Below are positions 48,590 through 59,800 of a stretch of DNA of 64,000 nucleotides, one piece after another. Positions within the stretch are counted from its first letter, which is position 1. Every line of letters starts with the position of its first letter. The translations under genes and the position numbers were made by a program. The stretch is from Eledone cirrhosa (lineage: Eukaryota): positions 398,908,001 through 398,972,000 of the forward strand of contig OZ024740.1 in assembly GCA_964016885.1 (NCBI GenBank). Reading direction: 5' to 3'. Under the pieces are notes generated by a model that worked only from the letters and a program-made list of their open reading frames with translations, ran no database searches and was not told the origin of the DNA.

Positions 48590-49200
48590 GTCAGGTCACC
48601 AGTTGGTGCTACTGGTAACATGTATCCCAGTACAACCTGTCTCATGGTCGGGTCGTTGGCGACTAAACTGGCAACCCCACCAAGGTTTCTTGATGAGGAG
48701 GGTGACTTTGGACATCCTGCGGGACTAAAAACAAAACCTGTCAAACGGCAAGGGAGCTCTAATAAGAGTCAATGGCCATCCAAAATCACCGGGAGAGATG
48801 ACCCCTTAGCCTTTGTCAAGGCAGAATTCTAGGAGAAGGAAAACTCTGATATAACACCTGCAACCCTGATGGTATCCAATGATGTTGACTTGTTCTTCTT
48901 TTTGGTAAATATCATCTTGGTTAAGAGAGTGGGACTGGCTTTGTGCAGTGCCTTTGCTCACTATAAAAGCTTCACGGCACAGGCATTGCTTTATATCTGG
49001 AGATCTCTCTGCACTTGTCGTCACATGGTACCATGGGCCTAGCACTTTGTGTCAATAATTGTCACAGGTGTAGTGTTTGTACCAGAGTTTTCAAGTCGCT
49101 AGCTGGACTAAAAAGTCACACTCGTTCAGCGCATCGGTAAGGGTTCTCCTACATGGATATAAAGTAGTGGCCGTACTCGAAAACGAGTTGGCAGCCACCA
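48590..49200 (+). mobile_element. RTE-type leader joined to an RTE 3' end (bipartite or chimeric)
   Basis: Leader 48590-48990 is homologous to 25370-25631. 49060-49140 reads CHRCSVCTRVFKSLAGLKSHTRSAHR*, followed by the 3' stem-loop. (TATG)n on both sides. Confidence 0.7.
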
Positions 49201-49284
49201 TGCATGCATGTATGTATGTATGTATGTATGTATGTATGTATGTATGTATGTATGTATGTATGTATGTATGTTTTCTCTTTCTCT

Positions 49285-50122
49285 TAATTTCGAGTATATT
49301 TTTTTGACCGGCCACCTTCCTGGTGGCAAGGTTGTAAAAGAAAAGAAATTGTCATCCCTTGAATCGCAAGAATGTTTTGCAAATTTTGAAGGTGCCAGCT
49401 ATCGAAGCCATTTGTAGACTATGAATTAGGGAGCTGCGCTTTTTGTCCGCAAATCCAAGTTCAGTCGTACTTTGGTTCAAGCGGGTTGGTATATAACCCG
49501 TAGCTCCAATAATGATGGGTATGAAGCTAAAGGTGTATCTTGGATACTGGATTTGTAAACTCCTCATCAATGGTCCGTAGATGTCCTCCTTCTCCTGTAT
49601 TTTTCTGACAACGTTTACATCAAGTGGGTAGCTGATCTCCACAACAGAACACGTTTTCAATGTGTGGTCCCAAACAACAATATCAGGCCGGTTGTGCTTT
49701 AATTTGGTGGCAGTTTTTATTTTCAGGTTCCACCAGTATTCCTTAGTACCATCTGTCTCAATATATTCTTCCTCGTTTGTTGTTAATTTTGTTTTCCGAA
49801 GTGCGTTCCAGATGGTTCTAGCTATCCCATCGTGTCTCATGGGGAGGTAGTAGCGAGATGACATTCTTTCGCAGCTGGCAACAATGTGGCTTACATCCTC
49901 GATCTTTGTTTTACATAGCCTACATTTATTGTCAGCTGCTGGCCCTCCTCTTTTGTGCAGCAGATATTTGGTAGGGAGTTCTTGTTCCTGTATTGCATAG
50001 AGATATCCCTCAAGGTGTGATGTCATAAACTTGTCGGAACTCCATGCCAGGCTTTTTGAGTGGTTTATCCCCTCTATGGTCTGTGTTTTATGCCTCAAGT
50101 ATCCATGCACAACTTTTTCTGT
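49285..50122 (-). mobile_element. R4-like RLE LINE 3' fragment
   Basis: EGYLYAIQEQEL, CRLC..EDVSHIVASC, RHD, HNRPDIVVWD..VEIS.P..K...Y and IPIIIGATG motifs. Confidence 0.9.
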
Positions 50123-50241
50123 AAATATGTATGTATGTATGTATGTACGTATGTATGTATGTATGTATGTATGTATGTATGTATGTATGCATGCATGCAT
50201 GCATGCATGCATGCATGCATGTATGTATGTATGTATGTATG

Positions 50242-50320
50242 TAATTATTATTGTTATTATGTATGTTTTTTTTCTCGTGCAATGGCCATACTCGATAACG
50301 AGGGGGAAGCCATCATCATC
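50242..50320 (+). mobile_element. RTE 3'-terminal fragment
   Basis: CTCGTGCAATGGCCATACTCGATAACGAGGGGGAAGCCATCAT matches 33885-33927. Confidence 0.8.
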
Positions 50321-51049
50321 ATGTATGTATGTATGCATGAATGTATGTATGTATGTGTGTGTGTGTGCGCGTGTATCTATGTATATGTGCGTGTATATCT
50401 ATGTAAATGTGTTCGTGTGTGATTTCTCTTTATTACAGTCTTTATTATAAGAGTAGTACAAAGATCTTTTGTTAAAGTTTAGACAACGACAACTATTGAT
50501 GCAAAAGTTAGCATTAGTGGCTGCTAGTTTAGTAAGCAGATGTCTCTAATTAGATACTGCTGCTGATGATGATGATGAAAAGAATAATTCGTTTGCTCAT
50601 CAGAGAGGTTTTGTCGCAGTAGTGTACAGTTGCACAGCATGTTAACATTTAAAACATTAAGGGCCAATAGAAACAAAAGTTTTAGAGATATGGTAATAGC
50701 TAAAAACAGCGAGTTCCCAATTTTGGAACCATAAATACTTTCCCTCGTCTATTATTTACTGGTACTGGATAAAGTTAGTGTCAATTCTGGGAAACAGGCA
50801 TTATCAAGTAATAAGAGGGAGAAAAATAACTGATAATCTTGTAAACAGGGACAATTTTAAAGACAGTTTATATCACATAGCCATAGAAAAGAGCAGTGCC
50901 CATGGCTCTTTTCAATGCCTCCGAGATTGATGGGAAGGAAAGAAGGTAGATCTGTCTAGAATGCTTACAACAGGGTGGACTACACTGAATGTATCTAAGG
51001 GCCTTGTGGTGGTGTTAGAGCAGGCGATGGTTTAAGACGACCACCCAAG

Positions 51050-51275
51050 TAGACCACGGCAGGATTTCAATTCAAAACACAAAGAGCCGGAACAAATACT
51101 GTAAAGCATTCCGACCGGCACTCTAAAGATTCCAGTTCACTGTCCTAGATTGTTATTTTATTTATCAGCCACCGATGAAAAGCAAAGTTGACCTCGGCAG
51201 AATTTGAACTCAGAACATAAGGAACTGAAATAAATACCGTAAAACATGTTATCCGACGCTTTAATGCTTTTGATA
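51050..51275 (-). mobile_element. Two partial Meta-like SINEs
   Basis: GATGAAAAGCAAAGTTGACCTCGGCAGAATTTGAACTCAG. Confidence 0.65.
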
Positions 51276-52021
51276 ATTTGTGTTTCAGTATAACCGATGA
51301 AATGATTTTGAAAGAAATCTTGGCGTTCCAGCAGCAATCATCCTGTTTTCTTTTCAGGTCGTAAGGTTTAATCCGAGGAAGATTTAGTCGATATGTTTAG
51401 CTACTTAGAAATATTTCTAGTATACTTATATAAGGCTTACTCCGGATGCTAGGTTTAACCATAATTGTATACGTATGTTAATAAACCTATTATTTCAGTA
51501 TATCTTGTTGGTAATTCACATTACAAGTTCAATACAAAACAGTTATAATAACAACGGACTCAATATTCAGTAAATATTAATAATTCTAAGTATAATATAA
51601 GTCATGAAGACCAGATAGGAGAAAGTTTTAAATCATTACGCAAGGAGACTTTTGCAAAAAGCGCGTTCTACTGCTGGTCGGAAATGGTCATTTGTATTCA
51701 TACGTCACCAACCCTACAGGGCTGGCGACTGACCAAAGACGACCAAATTACACCACAGCGATAAAATAGTATTATCCTGTCTCGCTACAAGATCTAAGCG
51801 GAAGATGTTTTAGAATATTTTGAACATGTTGAATTGTTTTTCACGATTCAAAACTTGATATGAAGAAGTAGCAAAACATGGTAAATAGCATTATCCACTT
51901 GTTTCCACAGTCCATCAATGACTTGTCTTACTCTGAAATTAAATGTCGGATTCTTCAGCACTTCCGGCCAATGCAGATTGAGGCAGCTGAACGTGAAACA
52001 TTTCGTTCTTTTGTTCTTAGT

Positions 52022-52190
52022 AATTGTTTCAACTTTTGGCACAAGGCCAGCAATTATCCCAGTGTATTACTGGTGTTTATTTTATCGACCCCTTAAGGAT
52101 AAAGGCAAAGTTAACCTCGGCGGGATTTGAACTCAGACCATAAAGGGCCGTAACTCTATGCTGCAAAGCATGGCATCCGACCCTCTACCG
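52022..52190 (-). mobile_element. Meta-like SINE
   Basis: Near full-length copy. Confidence 0.85.
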
Positions 52191-52286
52191 TGAGATTGAA
52201 TTGGTCTTTCTGTGGTTAGTTGAAAATGGTTCATCATGATCGTTTGATTGCTGGAATTAATGATACCAATTTACAACAGGGATTTA

Positions 52287-53475
52287 TCTTTATATATATA
52301 AAAGCGAGGATGTGTGTGTGTCTGTGTACAACTTGGCATGCATAAGGCTTTCACAATTACCAACTGAATTTGACCAAATTTTCTGTGCACGTTGCACAGG
52401 TCGATAAGATTGTCACATCACAAGCATTTTTCAAATCGACCCACGTTGAGCAATAAAAAAATCGATATCAAAATTATCGGTAGAAAAATTGATGTAAGGG
52501 AGATAACACACTTTATTGACAATCCTTATAAAAAAGGGAGATAACCAACTTTTCAGAAATTGGTTTACCTCCTAATACATTGGTTCTGAAAGAGGGAACA
52601 CCAGTTATTTTGCTGAGAAATATCACTCCACCAAAACTATGCAATGGTACACGCCTTGTGGTTAAAAAACTGTCTCCACTTAGTATTGACGCTACCATTC
52701 TATCCGGATGTGGAAAAGGCGAGGATGTGATAATAACAAAAATTAGCCTGACTACATCAGGCGTGGATACTCCCTTCTCCTTTCGCCGAATACAATTTCA
52801 CCTTCGTGTTGCCTTTGCGGTGTCCATAAACAAGTCGCAAGGTCAAACTCTGTCCGTCGCTGGAATTCACTTGGATGAACCTTGCTTTTCGCACGGACAA
52901 TTCTACGTTGCCTGCTCACGAGTTGGCAGTCGAGATAATCTTTTTTCGAGATAATCGTTTTGCAAAGAATATCGTCTATCCTGAAGTGCTTTAGTGTTAA
53001 CAAAAAACTTATTACAGCTCTACCTTGACTTCACCTTACTCATTACAAAACATACCAATGAATATGTCATGCAGGATATTTTGGATTATAAGTTAAAAAT
53101 TTAACCATACACAGCAAAGGATGCTCTCAAATAATAGATTTTCTCTTATTCTACTCTCATTGTTTTTTTGTTTGTATATAACTCTGCTTTCATTACAACT
53201 TTTTGTACTTTAGCAAAACTGCCTGTTTTTTTTACAGATTTGCAACGTGTATTGTCTTTAATCATTTGTATAACTACATCCTGTTCAGTGTTTTCCTTCA
53301 TTATCAGCATAGTTTTATGTATACAAAGATTGCAATAAATATTCGTTTGCATTAATTATTGAAGACTTCTGCTTATTTTGACAGGTTGGGGACAAATAAT
53401 GTTCTTCTTTTACTTCCTAGCTGTATATTCTTAGCATAATTTCAAACCCAGAGCAACGCCGGGTAAATCTGCTAG
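52287..53475 (+). mobile_element. Internally deleted Helitron with a Pif1 helicase C-terminal fragment
   Basis: A|TC start, terminal hairpin CCCAGAGCAACGCCGGG and CTAG|T end. GLPP..LKEGTPVILLRN..LCNGTRL..QF..AFAVSINKSQGQTL..FSHGQFYVACSRV. Confidence 0.95.
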
Positions 53476-54975
53476 TGTTAGATAAAGGTACACTCCAAGT
53501 AGTAAAACTAAATTGTGGGAAATGTGAAGTTGTCTACCGAGCATCTACTTCATAAACTGTTTCTCTTAGTCAAAGTAGTTCTTTCTTGATAGATGACACA
53601 GAATGTCTAACAGTGGTTTTGATCTTGTCAATCTGTGGGGAACGATGTGATCGAGCAAAATGTAAGTTTAGATATTGTTTGTCATAAATGCCAAAACAAA
53701 GGTATCATCGCCAAGGTTTGTCGTTTAATGTTCTTAACTGATTCAACAGGCAATAATCGTAATTTGTCCTTAACTTTAGTGACACATACTCCATCACACA
53801 TGTAACAATCCTTTAAGTTAGCTTCCGATCATTTACATACTTTCATTATGGACACTGCTAGTACCGAATGGGAGATAAGTTTAGCTGAACTACAGAAATT
53901 TTACCCTGGGGTTAAAATTACACCAAACATACAAATCTATATATGGTGTCATTGGTCATAATTTCCATTGATTGCCCAGATTATTGTTCCTGTAATTTTT
54001 AACGAAATTCCACGTAAAAATTAGTTCTTATATAAACCTGTGAAATGCGTATTGGATTATTAGTAGAAGAAAGAATTATAACACCACTGGATTCTTCGGA
54101 ATGGGCAACTCTTATTGTCACACCATTAAAAAATATTCCAGTCACTCTGAAGCAATTTCCATACAACATTATGTAAGCATTTCCTCCAATGTACTATTGG
54201 GGCATTAGAGGATATTTTTACATTGAAAGTATCATTTCACATATTCTCAAAGATCGCTCTATAGAAAGGCTTCTTACAAATTCCATTAGACAAAAATAAA
54301 ATACCCTTGGGCCATTCAGATTGTTTCGGTAAAACTTCTTATGTACTAAATTATCTGTTTCGTCCACAATATTCCAATCTACCACCAATTTCAATATTGG
54401 TAAATTGCCTGCTGTGATTTGTTCATGCAACTGATAAGCCAACTTACGATAAACGTTTGTTGCAATTGTTACAATTACTCGGTTAATGCACTATCAACAT
54501 TAATGGTTCTGAGTGTCAATTCTATATTTCACTAATTCATTGTCTGCGTTATATTGTTAGTTCTAATCGCAGCAAACCGGATTCCAATTGACTATAAGCT
54601 GTAATGAATTCTCCACCACTTACTGACTTTATTAGCTTGTATTCCATACTTGATGCTAAAGAGTACTATTCACGACTCAGTCCAAATTTCACCGGAACAA
54701 CTGATTCACTTTTAAATTTACAATCTGAATAACAATTAAAGTAGATAACCGTTCACATCAAGTCCTGCTGAGCTTCCTTCCGACTGATGCTGGTCTCCAT
54801 CCCTATTCACTACAACGCTGGAGTGGTGATCTTAGTGGTTGTCTTTGCGACATTGAACACCGCAAAAGCACGAGCATACTGCATATCGATTTTCTTTCTC
54901 ATTACTCTAACAGCAAGTTGACTCATGATGGATTGATTGGCTGTTTATTAAACTTTCACTTGTGAGAAGTAATTT

Positions 54976-55163
54976 AATTGTTTCTAGTTTTGGCACAAGG
55001 CCAGCAATTATCTCAATGTATTACTGGTACTTTATTTTATCGACCCCGTAAGGATGAAAGGCAAAGTTAACCTCGGCGGGATTTGAACTCAGACCATAAA
55101 GGGCCGTAACTCTTTGTTGTAAAGCATGGCGTCCGACCCTCTACCGATACTGCCAATCCACCG
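54976..55163 (-). mobile_element. Meta-like SINE
   Basis: Full-length copy. Confidence 0.88.
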
Positions 55164-55417
55164 CTCTATGCAACACGATGTTATTTAACAGAATCTATGC
55201 CTTCGCCATTTTATCCGCTGGACGCGGCTGAGAGATACCGTTCAGACTGGGGTTTAGAGTCTACCTCTCCCCCCACCTCTTTTTCCTTCCTTTTGTTGTT
55301 TAATTTCTTCTTTTCTTTTATTTCTTTTATTTTTCTTCTATTCTTCATTTTCTTATTGCTTTGTATAAATATTTCTGTAAGTGAAGGTATATACAACATC
55401 TACAAGCCGATCTCAAA

Positions 55418-55597
55418 TAATTGTTTCTACTTTTGGCACAAGGCCAGCAATTACCCCAGTGCATTACTGGTACTTTATTTTATCGACCTCGTAAGGATGA
55501 AAGGCAAAGTTAACCTCGGTGGGATTTGAACTCAGAACGTAAAGGGCGTCGATAACTCTATGCTGCAAAGCATGGTGTCTGATGCTCTACCGACACT
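55418..55597 (-). mobile_element. Meta-like SINE
   Basis: Near full-length copy. Confidence 0.85.
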
Positions 55598-55823
55598 GTT
55601 GGATACTGGCGTCTTCTTTGTTCTATGTCAGTTTGATATTATTTTTCTTAGCATTGTAAACAAACAAAACGTTTAGATGACAAGCAGTTCCCCTCTTCAA
55701 CGTCTAGTTGCCGCACTGCACCTAAAAAGTAATTAATTCGACATTATACAAGTAGTACATTTCTTTAGATTTTTATCAATGAATAAAGCGATAAAACGTA
55801 ATGTACAAGGAAAATGATTCCCT

Positions 55824-56483
55824 GGTTTCTGTTTTTCCCTGAGGCTCGGCCTCCGGATCTGCCAGCCACACCAATGTCGCTGAAGTTCCACCGTGGACTC
55901 TTTCGGCCTCCACCCGCTTTCCTGTTGCCACAGTGCCAGCCGCATTCCACGCCATGCTGCCCTCAACGAGGTCATTAAGCATGGCTTGGACGCTGCAGGC
56001 TTTCCTTCCCAGCTCGAGCCGGTGGGGCTGGATCGAGGGGACGGCAAAAGGCCAGATGGCATGACCATCTTCCCGTTCCGCGGTGGCAAACCCCTCGTCT
56101 GGGATGCCACTTGCACCGACACTTTCTGCAGCCGCAACCTGGTGCAGTCTGCGACTGACCCAGGTTCTGCTGCACGTCGAGTTGAGGAGGCCAAACTCCT
56201 CAAATACCGGTCGCTCTCCAACAGGTTTGCGGTCGTACCCCTGGCAGTGGAGACTTCTGGTGTCCTAGGCCCCAGGGCTACCTCCTTACTCACCACCATA
56301 AGCGCTGAGCTGGCCAGCCGCAGGTGTGAGCCCCGCGAGTTGGAGTGGCTTTTCCAGCGCGTCTCCCTCGCCGTCCTCCGGGGAAACGGCTTCTCCATTC
56401 TGTCCGCGGGGCTGTGGGTGGGGGGCCCCATCGCGTATCATTTTTGTAAATATGACAACAGTTTATGATTAAAAAAAAAAAAA
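55824..56483 (+). mobile_element. CRE-like RLE LINE, 5'-truncated, with poly(A) and 13-bp TSD
   Basis: GLHPLSC..RH..EP.GL...KRPDG...LVWDATC...K..KY...PLAVETSG...FQRVSLAVLRGN. TSD AAAATGATTCCCT at 55811-55823 and 56484-56496. Confidence 0.9.
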
Positions 56484-56689
56484 AAAATGATTCCCTATGT
56501 TGTGTTAGTAATATCATTTTATCGTATTCCACGACTAATAAAATATTTCCAGATACATTTCAGGGGTGATGGGATAGGGTGAGGGGCAGCCCCCCCCCCC
56601 TAATTATATTTTTCTCCCCAAACTACCCAAAACACACATCAATTTGTATATACGCAACAATTTATGTACAAGCTATGTAGAGACATATG

Positions 56690-56850
56690 GGAGAGATAGA
56701 TATAGATATAGAGAGGGGGAGAGTTTGGTGGTAATTGATATAAAGAGGAAGGTTGAGAGAGTGTATTGTATATTAGATATACAGAGGGAGAGAGTTTGGT
56801 GGTAATTGATATAGTGAGGGGGGTTAGAAGAGAGTTCCGTAAGGTAGATA
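56690..56850. repeat. ~30-bp purine-rich minisatellite, left part
   Basis: GATATAGAGAGGGGGAGAGTTTGGTGGTAATT units. Confidence 0.75.
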
Positions 56851-59800
56851 TATATTTCTATTTATTTGCCACCAGGGCATCAAAGATTGGGACAAATACA
56901 AAGGGGGGAGTTTACATACATTTAAAAAGACGTGTAAAAAAACATATAACAAATTAAATTTAACAATCGATGTCCTCAATGGGGAGGGGCGTTGACATGG
57001 GTCGCACACACCCCCGAAAAAATGTGCAACCCTCCTCTTCAGGAGCACAAAGAGCGGGTGCTTCCTTCCTCTTCTCATTCTTCTCCTCTCTCACCTACAG
57101 GCTGATATAGAGAGAAGGCCCATTCACTCGGGCCATTCTCGCTACTTTCACCCACCTTTCATAAAACTTGCTGGGGTAGAGCACCTCTCTCTCCATTCTG
57201 ATCCTTCTTCTAAAGTGGTACTTGAAAAAAAAGACCAGTTGTTGGCCGGAGAGAAAGGTGTCTGACCTCAGCCCTTTCAACCTTGTCCACCACACAACTT
57301 CTTTCGCCATAGCTATCACACAGAGGAAAACCGCCTCTCCTTCGTTTTTGAAAGGGGGAGGCGGTTTGATCGTGACAATGTTCTCGGTGGTCAACCGGAT
57401 TGGTCCCACCCGCGACAGTAGTCGTTCCACATAGCCCCACAGCTCAGCAACGCCCGGGCAGTGTACGAATGCATGTGCGACGGTTTCCTCGTCACGCACG
57501 CATCTCGGACAGATCTTCTTCGAGGGGTCCTTACCCGGGCGCCCGTGTCTGTAGAGCTTGTCCCGAACGTGTAGAGCTCCTCGGTAACATTGCCAAGCCA
57601 GGGACTTTTGGAAGTTGTCCATCGGTCCCGGGCCAAAGATCCTACCGAACAGACTGGCCAGCTCATCTTCCTCCATGCCCAGAGCCTCTCCGAGAGCGTC
57701 GTCGCACTTACTGAGCACCAACCCTCTATAGAATGTTGAGGTTGAGTCTCCACTGATTGCCGGATCCGCTTGCCAGAGCGCCGTGAGCGCCTGGGCACAT
57801 TCAATGAGCCAGTCGCCCACTTTTCTCGGTCTTTGCTTGACCCAGGATTGCAACTCGGTGAGTGAGACGAGTCTCGGAAAGGCTCGCCTCACAAACAGGG
57901 CCCACACCGGCTGACCGGTGAGGAATACCTGGAGGTGCCGTAGCCTTAATGCGTGTCTACGCATCGTCAGCCACGGCATCCCCAGCCCTCCGTTCGAAGG
58001 GTGTTGACAGCAGATGGATCTTCTCACCAAAGGAGCCCGCTTCTTCCAAAAAAATCGGAAGAGCGCGCGCTCCATTTTGGCGAGTGTTTTCTCTGGGCAA
58101 GGCACGACGGTCAAGCGGTAGTAGATGACGGACGCTATATAAGCGTTCGCCACCTCCGCTCGACCTTTCAGGGTTAGTTTTCACTCGGCCCACTTCTGGG
58201 CGAGTGCAAACACCTTGCCCGTTACCTCGTCTCAGTTTTTCTCCACCTGGAGGTCCGGTCCGAACCAGACCCCGAGCAGCTTCACCGGTCCCTCCGTCCA
58301 GCGTCCGATGCCCCTCCACGTCCCGAGTTTCAAACCGACGGACTTGTCCCGGTTCAGCTTGGCTCCTGTGAACCTTTCATTTCCTCCAGTAAGGTGCCGA
58401 TCTGCCCGATTTCCGAGGCGCACGACACCATTACTGTCACGTCATCGGCGTAGGCCGACACCGCTTTCTGCAATCCCGGTTCCAAGGGGATGCCCTGCAA
58501 CAGCTCCAGCTTCCGCAGTAGTGGCTCGAGAGCCAGCACATACAGGAGGGAGGAGAGAGAGCATCCCTGTCGGATGGATCGCGTGATTTGGAACGGCTCC
58601 GAGAGGTAGCCGTTCACCTTGACCCTCGAGCAGGTGTTGCTGCTGTGCATTGCAGAAATCCAGCCCCTGAAAACGGGTCCGAAGCCTGCCGCCGCGAGCA
58701 CCGCATCCAGGTACCGATGGTCAACCCTATCGAACGCCTTAGATTGATCCAAGTTTATCAGGGCCCCACCAAAGCCGGGTTCGTTCCCTACCCTCACTAC
58801 GATGTATCGCATGAGGTGGGGGTTGTCGTGTATGGATCTGGACGGGATTGCGCATGTCTGCGCTTCTCCCACCAGGTTCCCGACGACAAGCGCCAACCTC
58901 TTCGCTAACACCTTGGCAAAAATCTTTAACTCTGTGTTTAGCAGAGTTATGAGCCTGAAGTTATCTATGTCATCCCCCTTGTTCTCGTCCTTCCTCACCA
59001 GCGTGACTACGCCCTTGGTCACAGAACTGGGAATTCTCCCGTTCTGTTGCCAGTTGCAGTAGACCGCCTAGAGGAGACCGGAGAACAAGCCCGGCATCGC
59101 TACATAAAGTTCGTATGGTAGACCATCGAGACCCGGAGATTTGCGTTTGCCGCATTGGCTCAGCGCTTCCCCTATTTCAGCGGCTGAAATCAGCCTCTCG
59201 CAGGACTTTGCCTCCCCGTCCGAGAGCTGCGCCAGACCGTCGAGGTATGGACCGAAATCCATGGCCCCACCCGGCTCGCCGCTCCTCCCGAACAGTCGTG
59301 CAAAGCGCCGTTGAAAGGCCGCGCTCATCCGCTCAGGTTCAAGGATCACGCGTCCATCCTGGTCCTTCAAAGACCGAATCGTGGACTTGTTTCCACTTTT
59401 TGCCTCTGTCACTCGGGTCCAGCTTTGGCTTCCTTGTTACCCAGAGCACGTATTTTACTCCTGACAACGCAGCCCTCGTGCTTCGCATCAAAGAACTGGT
59501 CTAGGGCCGTTCTTGACGCCAGCACGTCGGCCACGTTGCCACTCCTAATCGCCTCTTCTACTCTATTTGTTAATTCCCTTTCAGGTCTATTCCTATCTGA
59601 TGCTAATTCCCGACTAAAACCTATCGATTCTATTCTAATTTCTCTCTTGAGAGAGCCCCACCACCTGCTGTTGACAATTGCCCCCGTCAAACGCTGCTTA
59701 ACTAGTATGCTAATCCGCTTACTGTAAGCTTTGTTTGTCGGTAAAGACAAGTTTAGCTTCCAGTAACCGGGTCCCTGTCTATGAGTTCTATCAAGGTTGA

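Larger units (their letters stand above)
51720..54860 (+). mobile_element. Highly degenerate Gypsy remnant interrupted by a SINE and a Helitron
   Basis: Gag-like YFEHVELFF, LSYSEIK..ILQHFRP..AERETF (51810-52010) and DRLIAGIND (52238-52265); protease-like FIMDTAS (~53845); RT-like SSEWATLIV (~54092). The right boundary is uncertain. Confidence 0.55.

Noticed and set aside
48590-48672. HDV-like ribozyme at the start of the RTE-type leader
   Set aside because: P4-, J4/2- and P2-like pieces are present (GTCG/CGAC, CTAA, CCAGT/ACTGG), but I could not place P1 and P1.1 in the correct order. A descriptor search is needed.
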